Below, one piece after another: positions 1 through 12,853 of a stretch of DNA of 64,000 nucleotides; position 1 is the stretch's first letter, and each line of letters starts with the position of its first letter. The notes under the pieces are model-generated. The model did no database searches and was not told the DNA's origin. It was given only the letters and a program-made list of their open reading frames with translations. The DNA is taken from contig CBFFRP010000190.1 of NCBI GenBank assembly GCA_965644295.1, positions 6,921 to 70,920 of the forward strand. The letters run 5' to 3'. Source of the stretch: Paraphysomonas bandaiensis. Its lineage: Eukaryota; Protista; Chrysophyceae. A program made the translations under genes and the position numbers.

Positions 1-3000
1 ATGCTCATGCCGCGCCCCTTTTGCCACTAAATCCATTGCTTCCGCCGGTAGAGGACTCTTCCGTACCTTTCGCGGTGGCCCAAGATACTTTTCAAACTTT
101 TCTAAGATCTTAGCCGCATATACTGATTGGTCAAGACGAATATACTCTGGCGTTCTTGTGACTCGAACATTCAGAAAATGTTCCATCTCGCCCATATCCT
201 TCATATCAAACCGGGCACACAGTTGAGCTTTAATATCCTTCACTATGTTGACATCACGACCTAACACTAGGATATCATCCACATATATCGTTAATAATAT
301 CAATTCATCGCCCTTATACTGATAATACAAACACGGGTCTAATACACATGGTTTAAAATGCATAGATCGTATGAATTTATCCAATGTTTTCCACCACGAC
401 CGCGGGGAACTCCGAAGCCCGTATAACGACTTCTTCAACTTAAAGCAGTACCCCTCAGGCAGCTGAAAGTCCGGAGTTGCCTTCATATATACATCCCCCT
501 CTATATCTGCATATAGAAATGCGTTAGACACATCCAGTTGATGAATTACCATGTTCATCACGAAAGCTATGGCGATTAACAGTCGCACTGTTACCCCCTT
601 AACAACGGGTGCGAAATGGTTCGCCCAACCACTCGACTGCTGTCCACAACCGATTGCTACAAGACGAGCCTTATATCGGCGGACCTCTCCCTCCTTATCG
701 TACTTCTTTCCATAGACGTACTTGGAGTGCAGTGGGACGACTCCGTCCGGTATACGAGTCACCTCCATGGTATCTCGCTTCGCCAAACCCTCTCGCTCTA
801 CACGGCGAGCTCGTCTCCACTCCCTGTGCTCGGCACTCTCCAAGGACTCACGATGTGTCTGAGGCACTGTCGACTCTTCCGCTGACATCCACACTGAGTC
901 TGCCTCCTGTAAAAGGTCACTCACATCACTCTCATCACTCAAATGATGGATTTGTCCTAACACCGACACATTCGTTACCGTCCTTGGAGTTCTTGCGCGT
1001 TTGCCGTGCGGATGATTCTCGGCAGGGGTCCCTTCCCCCGAAGGTAATGCTGAGTCAGCCTGGGGCTGCACCTGCCCACTTTCCGACTGCTGTGGCACCA
1101 CTCCGCTGATACCGCCGTCACGGTTGTCAGTAACTCTGGCCCTAACCACCCTCTGCGCAAGATCCTCTGTCATCTTCTTGATGTCAGCAATATGAATAGG
1201 AGTTTTATCCTCCACTTGAACCTGGTTACCAGTAACCAACGACCGGTATCCCACAATAAGTCCCTTCCTTATCACCACTCTGTTAGTCTTGTATAGCAGA
1301 CCACCATCCTCATGGTGCTTTCCGATAAGATACTCAAACTCACCCGGTTGACGAGCCTCGGGATCTATAGCCACTTGAGCCTCCTCCAGCTCTCTATAAT
1401 AATCCTGAGACCTCTCAGGTACCGATTCATCAAATAATACATGTACAGAGTGTACTACGGTGTCCCCCACTAGCACCTTGTATCCTTTTCGATCAGCTGG
1501 ATACCCTATGAAATAACCTGTCATTGCTTTGTCCTCCCAGTCCTTCCTCCTGTCGGCCTTGGGTGTTAGCACATATGCTTTGCACCCCCATTTCCGTAGC
1601 CACGATAGGCTGGGAACGCTCCCCCTGGGACACACTCATATGGAGACATCCATCCTTGCCACGTCCGAGTTGGCATTCGTCGCACAATGTAACATGCAGT
1701 TTGATAAGCATCAGACCAGAACGACTTTGGAAGTCCAGATGCCGTCAACATCGTCAGTGTCATCTCCCCAATTGTTCGGAATTTCCTCTCAGACACCGCG
1801 TTGAGCTCTGGCGTGTCTCGTGTTGTATGTGACACCCGAGTCCCATATCGCTGCAACAGATACTCTCTTATCTGCTGACTAATAAGTTCGGATCCTCCAT
1901 CGGCATGATACTCCACTATACGGTTCCACCCCTCGTACTTCACTAAGTGGACCTCGCACAAGTGTCGTAGACATTTGAACACCTCCTCTCCGCTTCGAGT
2001 CCTCAATCCATATTCCCATATCATCTTTGTTGCTAAGTCCGTAAATAGGAGCACGTACTTATACCCTTGTCTGGATTCACAATTGAGATAGACGGAGATG
2101 TCCGCTGTTACTCTTTCCAGGAACCTGACTGCGCTTAGCTCTTCGTTGTCCCGTGATTTGAACGAATGCCTGGTTATCTTCGCCTTGGCACACCATTTAC
2201 ACAGGGGTTTCTTGCAACTCTTCTCCTTTGCCTTCGAAAGGTGATGTCGTTGTAGTCCTGATCCTCTGAATAACATGTGTCGGTGAGCTTCTAATAACTT
2301 CGATTTCGAGACATGTCCAGTACGCTCATGTAAGCGATCCAACGCATCTTGTCCTGTATTATCCGACAAATTTACCTCCTCCATCTGATTGCACATAGAC
2401 ACATTTGGCAGATTTAACACCTCCATCAAGTCCACATACGGCATCCCTCCATGCTCATCGTACTCTCCAGTCAACACCTCGTTTCCAGAGTCCAATTCCA
2501 CGATTTTAGGCTTTCGAAGCAGTTGTAATCCGTATCCCATTGATCTCAGCATCCCTCCTGACACAATGTTCTTCACCGCTTCTTCACTAACTCTGATGTC
2601 TCTCCATTCCCCGAATGTACCAGCCCCCTGTGTCTCCAATTGAGAACCCTTTCTAGTTAGTTGGATTGCCCCAAACTCAGGAGTAAATGACTCCAGTGCA
2701 ATTTTATCCTTTACTATAAACAGTCTTTTACTTGCACAACTGTCCAGATATACACGAGGTTCTTCCGACGTATCCACCGATAGCAAAACCTCTTCTCCAA
2801 ACATATTCGCTTCATCATCCGACGACTCTCCGTCGTTGACGTATTTCTTCCATTCTGTCTCGAATTTCCTGTTCGATTTTCGAGGATTCTCATTATCCGG
2901 GTTTTTTATGTTCTTCCGTTTTTTCGACTTGCACTGTCGGGCTTTATGACTAAAATCTCCACAGATATGACAACCAGTATAATCCTTTGATCCTGGCTGC

Positions 3001-3839
3001 TGCACACTCTTCGAAGCCTTTTCCTTTGTCTTCCCTTTTCTTTTGAACTTATCCATTTTTCTTTGTCGTTCCTTAGCATAACAATTCGCTGCTACATGTC
3101 CCTTCTTCCGACAAAATGAACAAACCACTGGCTCCTTCGACGCCGTAAAATTGATCTCTTCAGATTTGTCTCCCTTTAGTTTCTTCAGCTGCGTCATAGC
3201 CTCGTCATACTCTTCACAAGCCTCTTTCACCGAATCAAATGTAGTTGTTGCTTTAGGCATCATCGCTACCGACATCCATAAATCATGTAATTCCTCTATC
3301 TGCAGCGCTGCTTTTATCTTTGCTAATTTACTTGCCTCTGTCTGCGGTTGTCCCAATTTTATGAGCTTCTGGATTATACCGTTCAGTCGATCTACCCCAA
3401 CAGACACCTTTTCCCCCGGCCTTATTTTGAACGAATGGTATTCTGCCGTAGTCTTCTCCAATACAGTCCCAATCTCGCCTCTGAACCTATCAACCAGTGT
3501 CTGAAGGAGCTCACTGGATAACACCTCCTTAGCAGGATCATCAGCAGGTAAAATTGCCTTCCCCTCCAAATATTGATTGGCTACCTCCAACACATCAGGG
3601 TCATGCTCGCAAGCCTCCCAAATAGTACTAACACAGGTATCATTACGCTCTCTCCATGACTCTAAATTCCTTCCTCCGGCTGGCGGGTCCTCCAAGCCAA
3701 GATGGTTTCGGTTTTTCTTCATTAGATGCATCTTGATTTTTCTCGCTGAATAGTCTGCTTGGTTCTTGTCAAACCGTAGCTTCTTGTCATCTTCCCCATC
3801 CCTACAACTAGCATTCGCTACCATAACAGAAGTTGACAT
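1..3839 (-). CDS. Copia A gag-pol polyprotein, one 1-nt frameshift at a G-run near 1620-1625, truncated by window start
   Basis: ORF 1566..3839 plus manual translation of 1610->1 in the next frame (SLSWLRKWGCKAYVL...IYVDDIL), which aligns with element B pol. Confidence 0.9.
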
Positions 3840-4115
3840 TATTTGCTAAGGTTTACTATTCTCAACTGATAAGATGAAATTATAAACATTACATGATAAA
3901 GAACCTAAGTTGTGTTCGATGTGTTCAACACCATTCATTTACTACTATAGTGTACAACCACACACTCAGTCATCGTATCCTGTATAGTCATCCACTTCTA
4001 CTTCAGTTTCATACTACATAATATAATGTACTAATTACATATATATCTTTCGATCCTTGCATCTCACATAATACTGCACTCAATTGCAAGTATATAGAAT
4101 CTTCAGATCTCAACA
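3824..4115 (-). repeat. 5' LTR of Copia A (about 292 bp, element strand TGTTGAG...CTGTTA)
   Basis: Bounded by the PBS on one side and ...TCAACA on the other, with patchy similarity to element B LTR. The partner LTR is not in the window. Confidence 0.75.
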
Positions 4116-4415
4116 CTTTGGGCCCTGACGAATAAACCGACATCCGGAAATAGGCCCACCTGAAGGGTAACCGGGGTATTGGGCTGCCTGCTGAAGTAAA
4201 GCATCCAGGATGTTCACCTTAAAGACTCAGAACGGAAGTGGTTGCACCTTGGTGCTTGCGGCGACGCACAAGCAGCTTTCGTAGCGTTAAATAGTGGGAT
4301 AATAGAGTTTGTACTGATTAGTTACAGGTAGAGGTCTAACTAGGTTGACTAGCATTCATCTAGCTACTAAGTTGGTGCAGGTTTTTAACGCCTGTTGCTA
4401 AATAAAAGACTTTCA
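4116..4415. repeat. Dispersed repeat X, copy 1 (right part)
   Basis: Shares blocks with 17850-18123 and 29080-29285 (acgaataaac..catcc, ctgaagt.aagcatcc, gcaccttggtgcttg, tttcgtagcgttaaata, ttgctaa.taa.agac.ttca). Confidence 0.85.
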
Positions 4416-5066
4416 ATATATATAGTATGTAGTGGGTAGATTTTTTTGTGTCATTGAACAATTGAAAAAGGAAGATGTGATGTAATGTGTTGTTTGGACA
4501 TTATCAGAATTTCACTATCTGCCTACTGAAACCTTATCCTGTGCGTTGTAATACTTAGGTGTGTGGAAACTATCGAAGATGTGTGGAAACTATCGAAGAG
4601 AAAGCCCCCATTGCCTCCCCCTTGTGTTTTTTTACCTTTTTTGGGTTAAACTTTATTTCGTATAGTGCACTAAACTGCCTCGCAAAACCCTTGCTTGTGT
4701 ACTATGGTAATATTACCTCTATATATGTATCCACATCATAGGCAGGTTTCAAAAATGATAATGGTAATTATAATTACTATTGGTAAATGTTGCCACCTAG
4801 TTCAAATAGTTGACTGGCTTAACGAAGAGCATCTAAAGTTGTGTAGCTACTGATCAAAGGTACAAACTCATTATCTGTTAGCATATGGCTCATAGGGAGC
4901 CAATATCTTCTAAGCAGTGGCAGTGTTTATTAAATATTCGTTGCCATTGCCAATGACTCCGATACCAGTGCATATTGCCTATGCCTCGCCAAAATTTCTA
5001 AGCACTGAACTCGACGACATAAATATGCAATGTGCAAAATCTCCATCGCATTTTCAAGACTATCAT

Positions 5067-6230
5067 TTACTTGGAGGAAAACGATCGCATCTGTACATAC
5101 GTATAAAGTCCTGACCCAAATAACACCAGGAATATTCCCAGTAGTCCGTTTACAGTGTACTCGTTGCCCCATATGTAGAAAGCCAGAAGACTCTAGAATC
5201 AGATGTGATATAATTGAAGTGACTAATGTAAACAGGAAAAGTACCTGAGCGGCTGCTTTCGCGGTACCGGATATATTGTGAGTAAGAGGGCTAGTGGCCT
5301 TAACTTGCATGACAGTCACCAAACCTATAGCGAATCCCATAAAGCCGGTAATAGTCATCACCAACCAGAAGAACAACGAAAAAAGTTTGTCGGAATTGGC
5401 CATGATAACCTGCACATGAAAGACAACATATTTAAAATACTCAATAATAACATGTACACACATACCTCGCTCTCAAAAACAATAATTAAAGGTAAAAATA
5501 GGATGCCAGCGTTAATGTTGTTGTAATATAGAAGCAAGGATTTGTCATCGTTGACCTTGGGGAGGACTTTAGCAGTGAATATAGAGTTCAGAGACACGAA
5601 AACAGAGGAGGTAACTCCAGCAAGGGTACCCAACAAGGAAAAATTAATTTCCCCTTCTATGCCTAAGTAGAACCCAAACATTACAACAATTAGGGTGGAG
5701 CAAGTCATCAGCGAAGTCGGCTTGCCCAGCACAATGTAGGTGAAGATCACGTTGAAGACTATGGATAGTGAGCGGGCAACTGAACAGCATAACTACATGA
5801 GGAACAAAGGTGCAGAAAAAACGCTTACCATTGTAAAATGACACCTCCACATATTTTAAGCAAATATTGTTAAAGGTTATCATTCCGACGAAAACTACCG
5901 AGAGCGGTAACACGCCCAAGCCAGACGTAAAGTTGTACTTAACCATGGGATAGCTATCAAAAAATGATCCCCCACCGGACTTACGTGATCTTTCGCCAAC
6001 GACACCAAAAACGTAGCATATAGCAGCAGTGATGATGCACTGCGGGTCATTAGTATTAATAATGGTCATGTAGAGGATCACGTAACCCTTACCTGATACC
6101 ACGTAACAAATAGAGGAGCAGGTATAGATGCATCTTCATTAGAAAGTAAAACTTTGTTTAGATACACCATACTGATGGATACCACCCAATAGAGGGCTAT
6201 AACCTGGATAACATACATAGTGTCACTCAT
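5067..6230 (-). CDS. SLC35C1: GDP-fucose transporter (SLC35C1-like nucleotide-sugar transporter), multi-exon
   Basis: Exon translations [13 protein letters not shown]...[28 protein letters not shown] and [21 protein letters not shown], separated by short GT-AG introns. Confidence 0.9.
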
Positions 6231-7022
6231 TGTGCTATAAGGGGCTATATGTTGATTAATAGAAGGAAAATAGAGCGAAAATATTCCCACTGATTCCAAA
6301 CAATGCTTTCACAATTGGGTCCTTTACTATCGTGGGGTGGGATTATATGAATATAGTCACAGTGGATGAGTGCATTGAACACCTCTAGACATCATAGTCA
6401 TGTACACGCACAACTCCTGCTGCTCCTATACGGTATACGGTATACGGTATACGGTATACGGGGTATAAAGTACAAGAGTAGCCCAGCGCATTGTGTATTT
6501 TTGTTCAAAAATGCCTCAAATATTATCTGCTGTATTCCAGCCGTACATGTAGTTGTATCTCAGTAATATATACGAAATACAGCACTTTTTTTTTGTTTAT
6601 CGCAAAAAAAGAGAACTTTTTTAATAAACGGCTTTTTTTACAGCCCTTCACAAGCAATATACAGTACACAGTACAGGATGAGGATATCTAGATATGTAGA
6701 TATGTATCATGTAGGATATGATCACATGAACCTGGACACATCCATATATTAAACTGGCTGATTATTGTTGACTACATGCTGTCTTCTATATGAAATTTCA
6801 TGCATATTTGCATTAGTTAGAGAATGTGAAATTAATCTAATCTAATGCTAAAGTACTATGAATAGTAAAAAGACTCGGAGCTTCCCACAAGTGGAACGCC
6901 TCACAGTTGGCTGTTGTTTGACTGCTGCCTCTTTGATGAATCTCTGACTGCTTTGACAATTGACCTCATTATATGTTGATGACATATAAGAGGAGCAGCA
7001 AACGAGTTTATAGTCAACAGAG

Positions 7023-8627
7023 ATGACAGAGATATCATCAACATCTGATTTCGGCATACCAACTCAATTAATTTATCCTTCTCGTTGTAACGATTTACCT
7101 GGTTTTCTGTCTGAATTGCTGAAGAAGGGACAGATTCAACATCAAATATCGATAAAACATAATCAGATTATCAAGGATGAGTTGGAAATAATCCGAAAAC
7201 AAATTGAAGAGAAAGTATCAGTGGACGGTGCTTTCTTGAATACATCTGAGTCTGCAAGGAACCTTCTTTTCTGATTTGAAGAATTATGGAGACAACATAT
7301 TGGAAAATACAAATGAAGCCATTCTTAATAATAGTAATGATTCTGCTGGTTTTCGAAAATTAAATTTTAGTTCATCTCAACTAAAAGACCTGATCTTACT
7401 CTTCGACCACCTCTTGACAACGAAGTGGGAAGTGCGATTGATTTGAAAAATATTGGAGTGACACTGCTGTTGATACCGACTATTTTCTTGGGCTGTTATT
7501 TCGTTATGTTGATTTGAAAAATCTGAAACTAAAGTCATAAATTTCGTTAACCAAGCGCTTTACTATGCGAGATGTACATGTTTGTGTTGTTCCGGAAGAA
7601 GGTTTTTTGTGACTGCGTACAACATCAGAACTGTCGTATTTGCGCTGTACTTCTGGCTGAAAATGGTACAGAGAAATTTATCCACTCCAAAGTGTTTTGT
7701 GGAGAGGAAGCAAGTGCTCAAAGAGTGTTTTTCTAACATGTGATCGAACTCATTTAAGATTTGTACCATTCTTACCTCTTCAAATATGTACCCCTCTCAA
7801 GCCACTAGGAAGGGGCTCTACTGCAACTTGCCTGTCGGTGAACTTCAATGAAACAAGAATAGATTTAAAAATTTCAAGAGATTATGAAGCGTTGTTAACA
7901 GATCGAAAAATTCTGTCTTACTTATAAACAAGGGGAAAGTCGATTGAAAACCCAACAGTTTCCCACATGGTAGGTAGTCTCCAGCAACATTTTCCCGACA
8001 GTGAGTTCCTCTTTTGTAATGCATTATCAATTGTATTTTCCCTATTTAACATGAACAATTTGAAGATGAGTCATCTGCGTGCGACATGGTCAATGTTAAG
8101 GTCTGTGCATGAGCTTGGGGTCTGCCACCGCGATTGCGTGTTTCGAATATCGGGTATTGTCAGCCAGACACTAATCACAACGTGGTGTATTTATTGGACT
8201 GGAGTTCAGCCAAGCCAATCCGAGATATTGGTGTCTCAATTTTACCAGAAGGATATCGTCAAGGAAGTTCATGCAATGCGCCGACTGATATTCCGGAGCG
8301 GATGATTGTCGATGAAAGGGGTTATGACTGCTTTCCTGCAGACGAAGGAATATCCATGATCTATCTGGCGTATCAGTGGTTAAGAAATGATAAGGAGTTA
8401 GTGATACTACGACCTCCAGCAATTGTGAAGAAATATGGGACGAAGAACTCCTACTAGAAGCTGTTGGACAGTATATTGGGGAGCTGAGAACGCCAACTGC
8501 TAAGTGGGATCCCAGCACTTATAAACAATTGTGTACTTCGAGCTCTACGGTCGATTGACGAAATGAAAACCAAACCTTCTGATTCTTTAGGGCTAGAATC
8601 GCTCTCTTTGAACGAAGACGGTAATTA
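7023..8627 (+). pseudogene. Degenerate PD-(D/E)xK nuclease + protein kinase gene (Crinkler/CR-effector-like architecture)
   Basis: Fragments KRPDLTL...VDLK...QALYYA, then LGRGSTA, HELGVCHRD/RVSNI and VYLLDWSSA, spread over several frames with stops and frameshifts. Confidence 0.6.
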
Positions 8628-9016
8628 GTTGGATAGTATTGGTGGTTTAACGTCATGCTCGAAATTGGTTTCACAAATCTCACTTAGCACAACTTATGAT
8701 AAAACACCACAAGCAAACTAAACTATTACTATTACTCTGATATCACAATATGTCACTTTATTGAAATCAACATATAGATGACTTTAGAGAATGAATAATT
8801 GGCTTCGGTAATCTGGTTATTAATTTATTTTCCCCTCTACTTGTTGGCTTTTGAACATGTAGCTTGTTTAGATCGTTAAAGAAAGTAATGTCGTTAGACT
8901 AGATAAATGATATTATTGCATAGGAAATAATTTATTGTCATGGAAATCATCATATCAACAACAAAATTTTATACTTCTTTTATGTCAATCTCTGATCTAC
9001 TTCCATATCTTGAATC

Positions 9017-9327
9017 TGTTGAGTTTTGCTGTTTGAGAGCAATTAAAAGCTGTAGTTCAAAAGTATTTGAATTATGATTAATACAGAAGTGGTTTGCTAT
9101 ATTATGAGAACTACGAGAAGTATTTAAGGAACAAGCTGTTACTGACGTGTGACTTTATCGACATATATGATAAACAGATGTTTCAGCAGATGTAACATGA
9201 ATATGTAGTGAAGTGTTTAGATTAGTAATTTCAATTTCTTACTTGAAAGTGAATATTGTTCAACAAAGCAAAATTAAAGTTTACATGCAGAGCAAAGTTA
9301 ACTGCAGTGAAATGTCCAGTGCTAACA
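9017..9327 (+). repeat. Solo Copia LTR (3' half like element B LTR, 5' end like the 28277-28908 LTR)
   Basis: TGTTGAG...CTAACA. 9140-9327 matches the reverse complement of LTR B. No clear TSD. A weak LTR-C-like remnant starts just upstream near 8842. Confidence 0.8.
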
Positions 9328-9999
9328 CTCCGCATAATTATCAAAATGATCATGTCTACAATCGCAGTTGCATGAAATGTGAACAGGGTGGTTCAGTATC
9401 AGATTTGTTGAGGTTGTGTGAATGGTGAATACGGGTATGAGTAATGTGTGGATGAGAGTATATCCCCTCTAGATCAGGAATACTATCTATTATCATGAGC
9501 TTGAGGATGCAGGAGTCAAAAGTGACCCGCTGGCCTGAACTGCTCCCGTGTGAAGCCATCTATAATAACCACAGGTGTTACTAAAATCCCATTAGTCGTG
9601 ACGACGAGATGGGAGGATCTACATCGACGCCGGCTTCGGGGGGCACGCCAATACGGCTACGGCGCTACGGCGGATGTGATTCATAAGGAATGTCGCACCT
9701 TCTTAAAATATGAATGTGGGGCGATGTAGCTTCCCTAGAACCCGATTTATAATTCTAACTTCAAACACTTACAATTGGTTATGCGTCAACTCAACATATG
9801 TATACGTAGTACACATATAATTAGAACCGTGAATAGAAACAATGTATTGCAATACTACAGAAAATAATTCAACATACAATCGAAGTATATACTACCGCAA
9901 AATTAATTTCCCTATTAAAGTATAGTTTAATTCACAGAAATAAAGTCCAATAATAACTCCAATAATTAACTTAATCCAGTGACTCCTCATTTAGTAAAA

Positions 10000-10683
10000 T
10001 CAAATCAGTGCCAATTGTGACATTCCCTTCCGATAAACATCAATTGTATCAGACAAATCTTCACCTTCAACTTCGAATTCTTCCTGTACTTTTTCGTCCG
10101 ACTCAAAAGGGGATTTGCTGTTGTCATTCGAAACCTCCGTCCCCGTAGAGCTTCGATCCATCGCATCATCATCCCCGAAATAATCATCTGCCCGTACCAA
10201 TTCGTCGGGATCAGCAACACACCCCACTATACTTGTCTCAGTTCCACGAGTGGCTTTAGTTACCGGCTTTCCGTGTCCTTTATATGTTAGAGACCAAAGC
10301 TGGTATTTAACAATTATGTACGAAACCCCAATAAGATTGTATACGCTACACACAATAAAAAACAACCGGACGTAAATGAATTTATATGAAAATTCATCGA
10401 CTATGACATAATAAATATCCCCAAGAATTAAACAAACTTCCATTAGCCACAATATCTGACAATCCTCATGGAGGAAGCTAAATCTATCCTTGTGGATTGC
10501 AGAAAGCGTCTTGAACGATATGAACGCATTAAGAAATGTCAAAGAAAGATGGTTTACACGAGTTGGTATTAAATGTAGTGCTTCAAACACCACATCAAGT
10601 AAGAACTGAATCAGCGCATTTACTGACATAGAAATTGCAAGTCGTTGTTCATTTTCAGTGTGTCTTGGTCGGTATCTCCCCAT
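10000..10683 (-). CDS. Hypothetical membrane protein (about 4 hydrophobic segments, acidic tail)
   Basis: 245-codon ORF with first ATG at 10683 (MGRYRPRH); no family recognised. Confidence 0.6.
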   Translation of the reverse strand: MGRYRPRHTENEQRLAISMSVNALIQFLLDVVFEALHLIPTRVNHLSLTFLNAFISFKTLSAIHKDRFSFLHEDCQILWLMEVCLILGDIYYVIVDEFSYKFIYVRLFFIVCSVYNLIGVSYIIVKYQLWSLTYKGHGKPVTKATRGTETSIVGCVADPDELVRADDYFGDDDAMDRSSTGTEVSNDNSKSPFESDEKVQEEFEVEGEDLSDTIDVYRKGMSQLALI

Positions 10684-12149
10684 TCCACAATTCAAAATAA
10701 TGTCAATAAACACTAACAGATATCTGCAATCACTCAAGACACTACACTACAACACACACGATGATCTGAAGGTAATCTAGAAGTACCTCCCTCACTTGAG
10801 TGATTTCTGAAAGCTTTCGATTACGTTTTTCGGACACTTCAACATTCGACTGTGTTCTAGATACCAAATTTTGGTGAAGGATATGCGGTGCTGACATGTT
10901 TGGATATCAAGAAAATCTAGAATGGAAAAAAACGCCCACTGACGTCTATTTTTAAGGTTCAAAACTGATTTTCGTCATTTTTCTAATTCTACGCATATAA
11001 AAATAGCACATATCTAGAGATGTATTCCATTCTATATACTGCTGTATACTGCCATACATATCCTGCAGCTGAAATTAAGGAGGATATGAGCGAGCCGATG
11101 CCTCTGATGGGATTATGATGAAGGAGCGAATACCTCAGCGATGGCACTCAGTATGCGTCGTAAATTATTTTATTAAGGGCTTGTGTGTTCCCTATAGGTA
11201 AGGGGTGGATGTAAACATCGATATCTTCATACTTTTTATTGGCTGATGTTGAGTCTAGCCATGCATTACCCAACCACGTTACAATGAAGTATGCCTTAAA
11301 TTAGTAATACAAAAGATGGACTCTCCGTTAGAGCTATTCATATATTATCCCCATTTTGACTAAAAGAAATTGTGTTTTGGCCTGAATTGGGTTCAACAAA
11401 ACGCTCATGTTAGCACCGGTCTAACATAGACATCCAACATCAAGATTTCGCTTCAACAAAAACTCGCTTCTGTCTTAATCATGATATTGACAGTCATTTG
11501 TATGTGATTTATTTATATTACAAATTATGGAGAAACATGACTCAACTATCGAAATCAGATTCAACACTCCATGTTATTTTCCACCCTTTGTCTGATGTAG
11601 TAGATCAGAATGATATCAGGGGAAGCGATCTATCTTCATCTCTAGAACTTCGAAATAATACTTCAAGAATTCGTATGCTACATCTGAAGATGATTCGGAG
11701 CAATGTCACCTAGGCCTCTATGGTTCGTGCTTATAAGGGTTGTGTGCGTCATATCATACTATAACATTCGAGTCAGATGCACTAGAATTGTTCATAAATG
11801 TGATGCTGATGTCGATGACAACAAGAGGCCCCGTGCAACCACAATATTTCTCTTTCATCATCACATTTACACCACGCAGTTTTCTATTGCCATAGCATTC
11901 TTCTGTGGTAGGAGTACTTTGTAATTTGTTGTAGCTATTATACTCGGGGGTATACTGGCTTGAGTTATTCTAGTCTTTACGTAGCTGCCGATAATTTGAA
12001 ACAATACTTGGTTTTCACTTGCTTTCCTAATGTTAATCATTGATAACATATACTGAATGACATAGCTATACTGAATAATGATGCCACCATAGTATTATTG
12101 TTGAGTCGCTCGGTTTTAAAATTTATCAATATTATTGATGAAACGCTAC

Positions 12150-12182
12150 CTAACAGTAGTATTGCAATATATTGTTCCCTAG
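12150..12182. mobile_element. Truncated hAT-family terminal sequence
   Basis: gtattgcaatatattgttccctag is the reverse complement of the end at 36227-36260 and resembles the MITE TIR at 21531-21544. Confidence 0.6.
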
Positions 12183-12341
12183 TTCTCAACTAATTCGGAC
12201 TCGCGCCTTTTTCGTGGTGTTCTGGGAGATAAATACTGGAGATATTGTTCGAGGAAACTAACATGAGCCGCACATATAGTCAGCAGATATTGTTCTGCCC
12301 TCATATGTGCAGAACTCATAGCCTAGTGCTTGTGTGGTACA
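12183..12341. repeat. Dispersed repeat X, copy 2 (left part, interrupted by Copia B)
   Basis: tcggactcgc...tcatagcctagtgcttgtgtggtaca matches 28940-29045. Confidence 0.85.
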
Positions 12342-12687
12342 TGTTAACAATGGACATTTCACTGAAGTTAACTTTGCTCTACGCGTAAACCGTAACCTTG
12401 CTGTTGAACACAATGCACTTTCAAGTAAGAAATTATAATTATTATTCTGAACACTTCACTACATATTCGTGTAACATATGTTGAAACATCTGTTCCCAGC
12501 AACACCTGTTTATCATATGTTCATCAGTCAGTTCTATATCTTGTATAGTCACACATCAGTAACTGAATTTAATTCCTTTGTAACTATAATCACCCGTTAC
12601 ACCTATGAGTTGACTTTATACCTATTGCACACTGTTAACTCACTTCAATTGCACAATATATATCACATCATATTGCAGAACTCAACA
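12342..12687 (-). repeat. 3' LTR of Copia B
   Basis: Direct repeat of 17459-17804. Confidence 0.97.
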
Positions 12688-12853
12688 CTCCCACTCAATT
12701 GGATGTATTTAACCATTCTAAAATTTGTGAAGAACATTGCTATCGGATACGCAACCACCGAACCTCATAGGACACTGGTGGACGTATGACTCCGCTAGTA
12801 TATAGCTAGCTCCCACCATTCATTCACACCTAACTAGTTACGACGAGCTCTCT

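Larger units (their letters stand above)
1..4115 (-). mobile_element. Ty1/Copia LTR retrotransposon A (3' part outside window)
   Basis: gag with two CCHC knuckles (CSFCRKKGHVAANC, CHICGDFSHKARQC), protease YLDSCAS, integrase HHCC and DDE core. After a frameshift near 1620 the frame stays open to position 1 with RT motifs (YKARLVA, QLDVSNAFL, LKKSLYGL, IYVDDIL). INT precedes RT, the Copia order. PBS TGGTAGCGA at 3815-3823. Confidence 0.95.

Noticed and set aside
609-1109. Plus-strand ORFs over the Copia elements (also 3151, 16269, 58252, 60276 and others)
   Set aside because: Antisense to gag-pol, with no recognisable motifs.
4560-4599. 20-bp tandem duplication, and the (TACGGTA)4 run at about 6429-6460
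   Set aside because: Ordinary slippage-type repeats with no supporting context.
12478-12789. Duplicated ORF MLKHLFPATP (also at 17595)
   Set aside because: Lies within the two LTRs of Copia B on the antisense strand and diverges at the LTR boundary.
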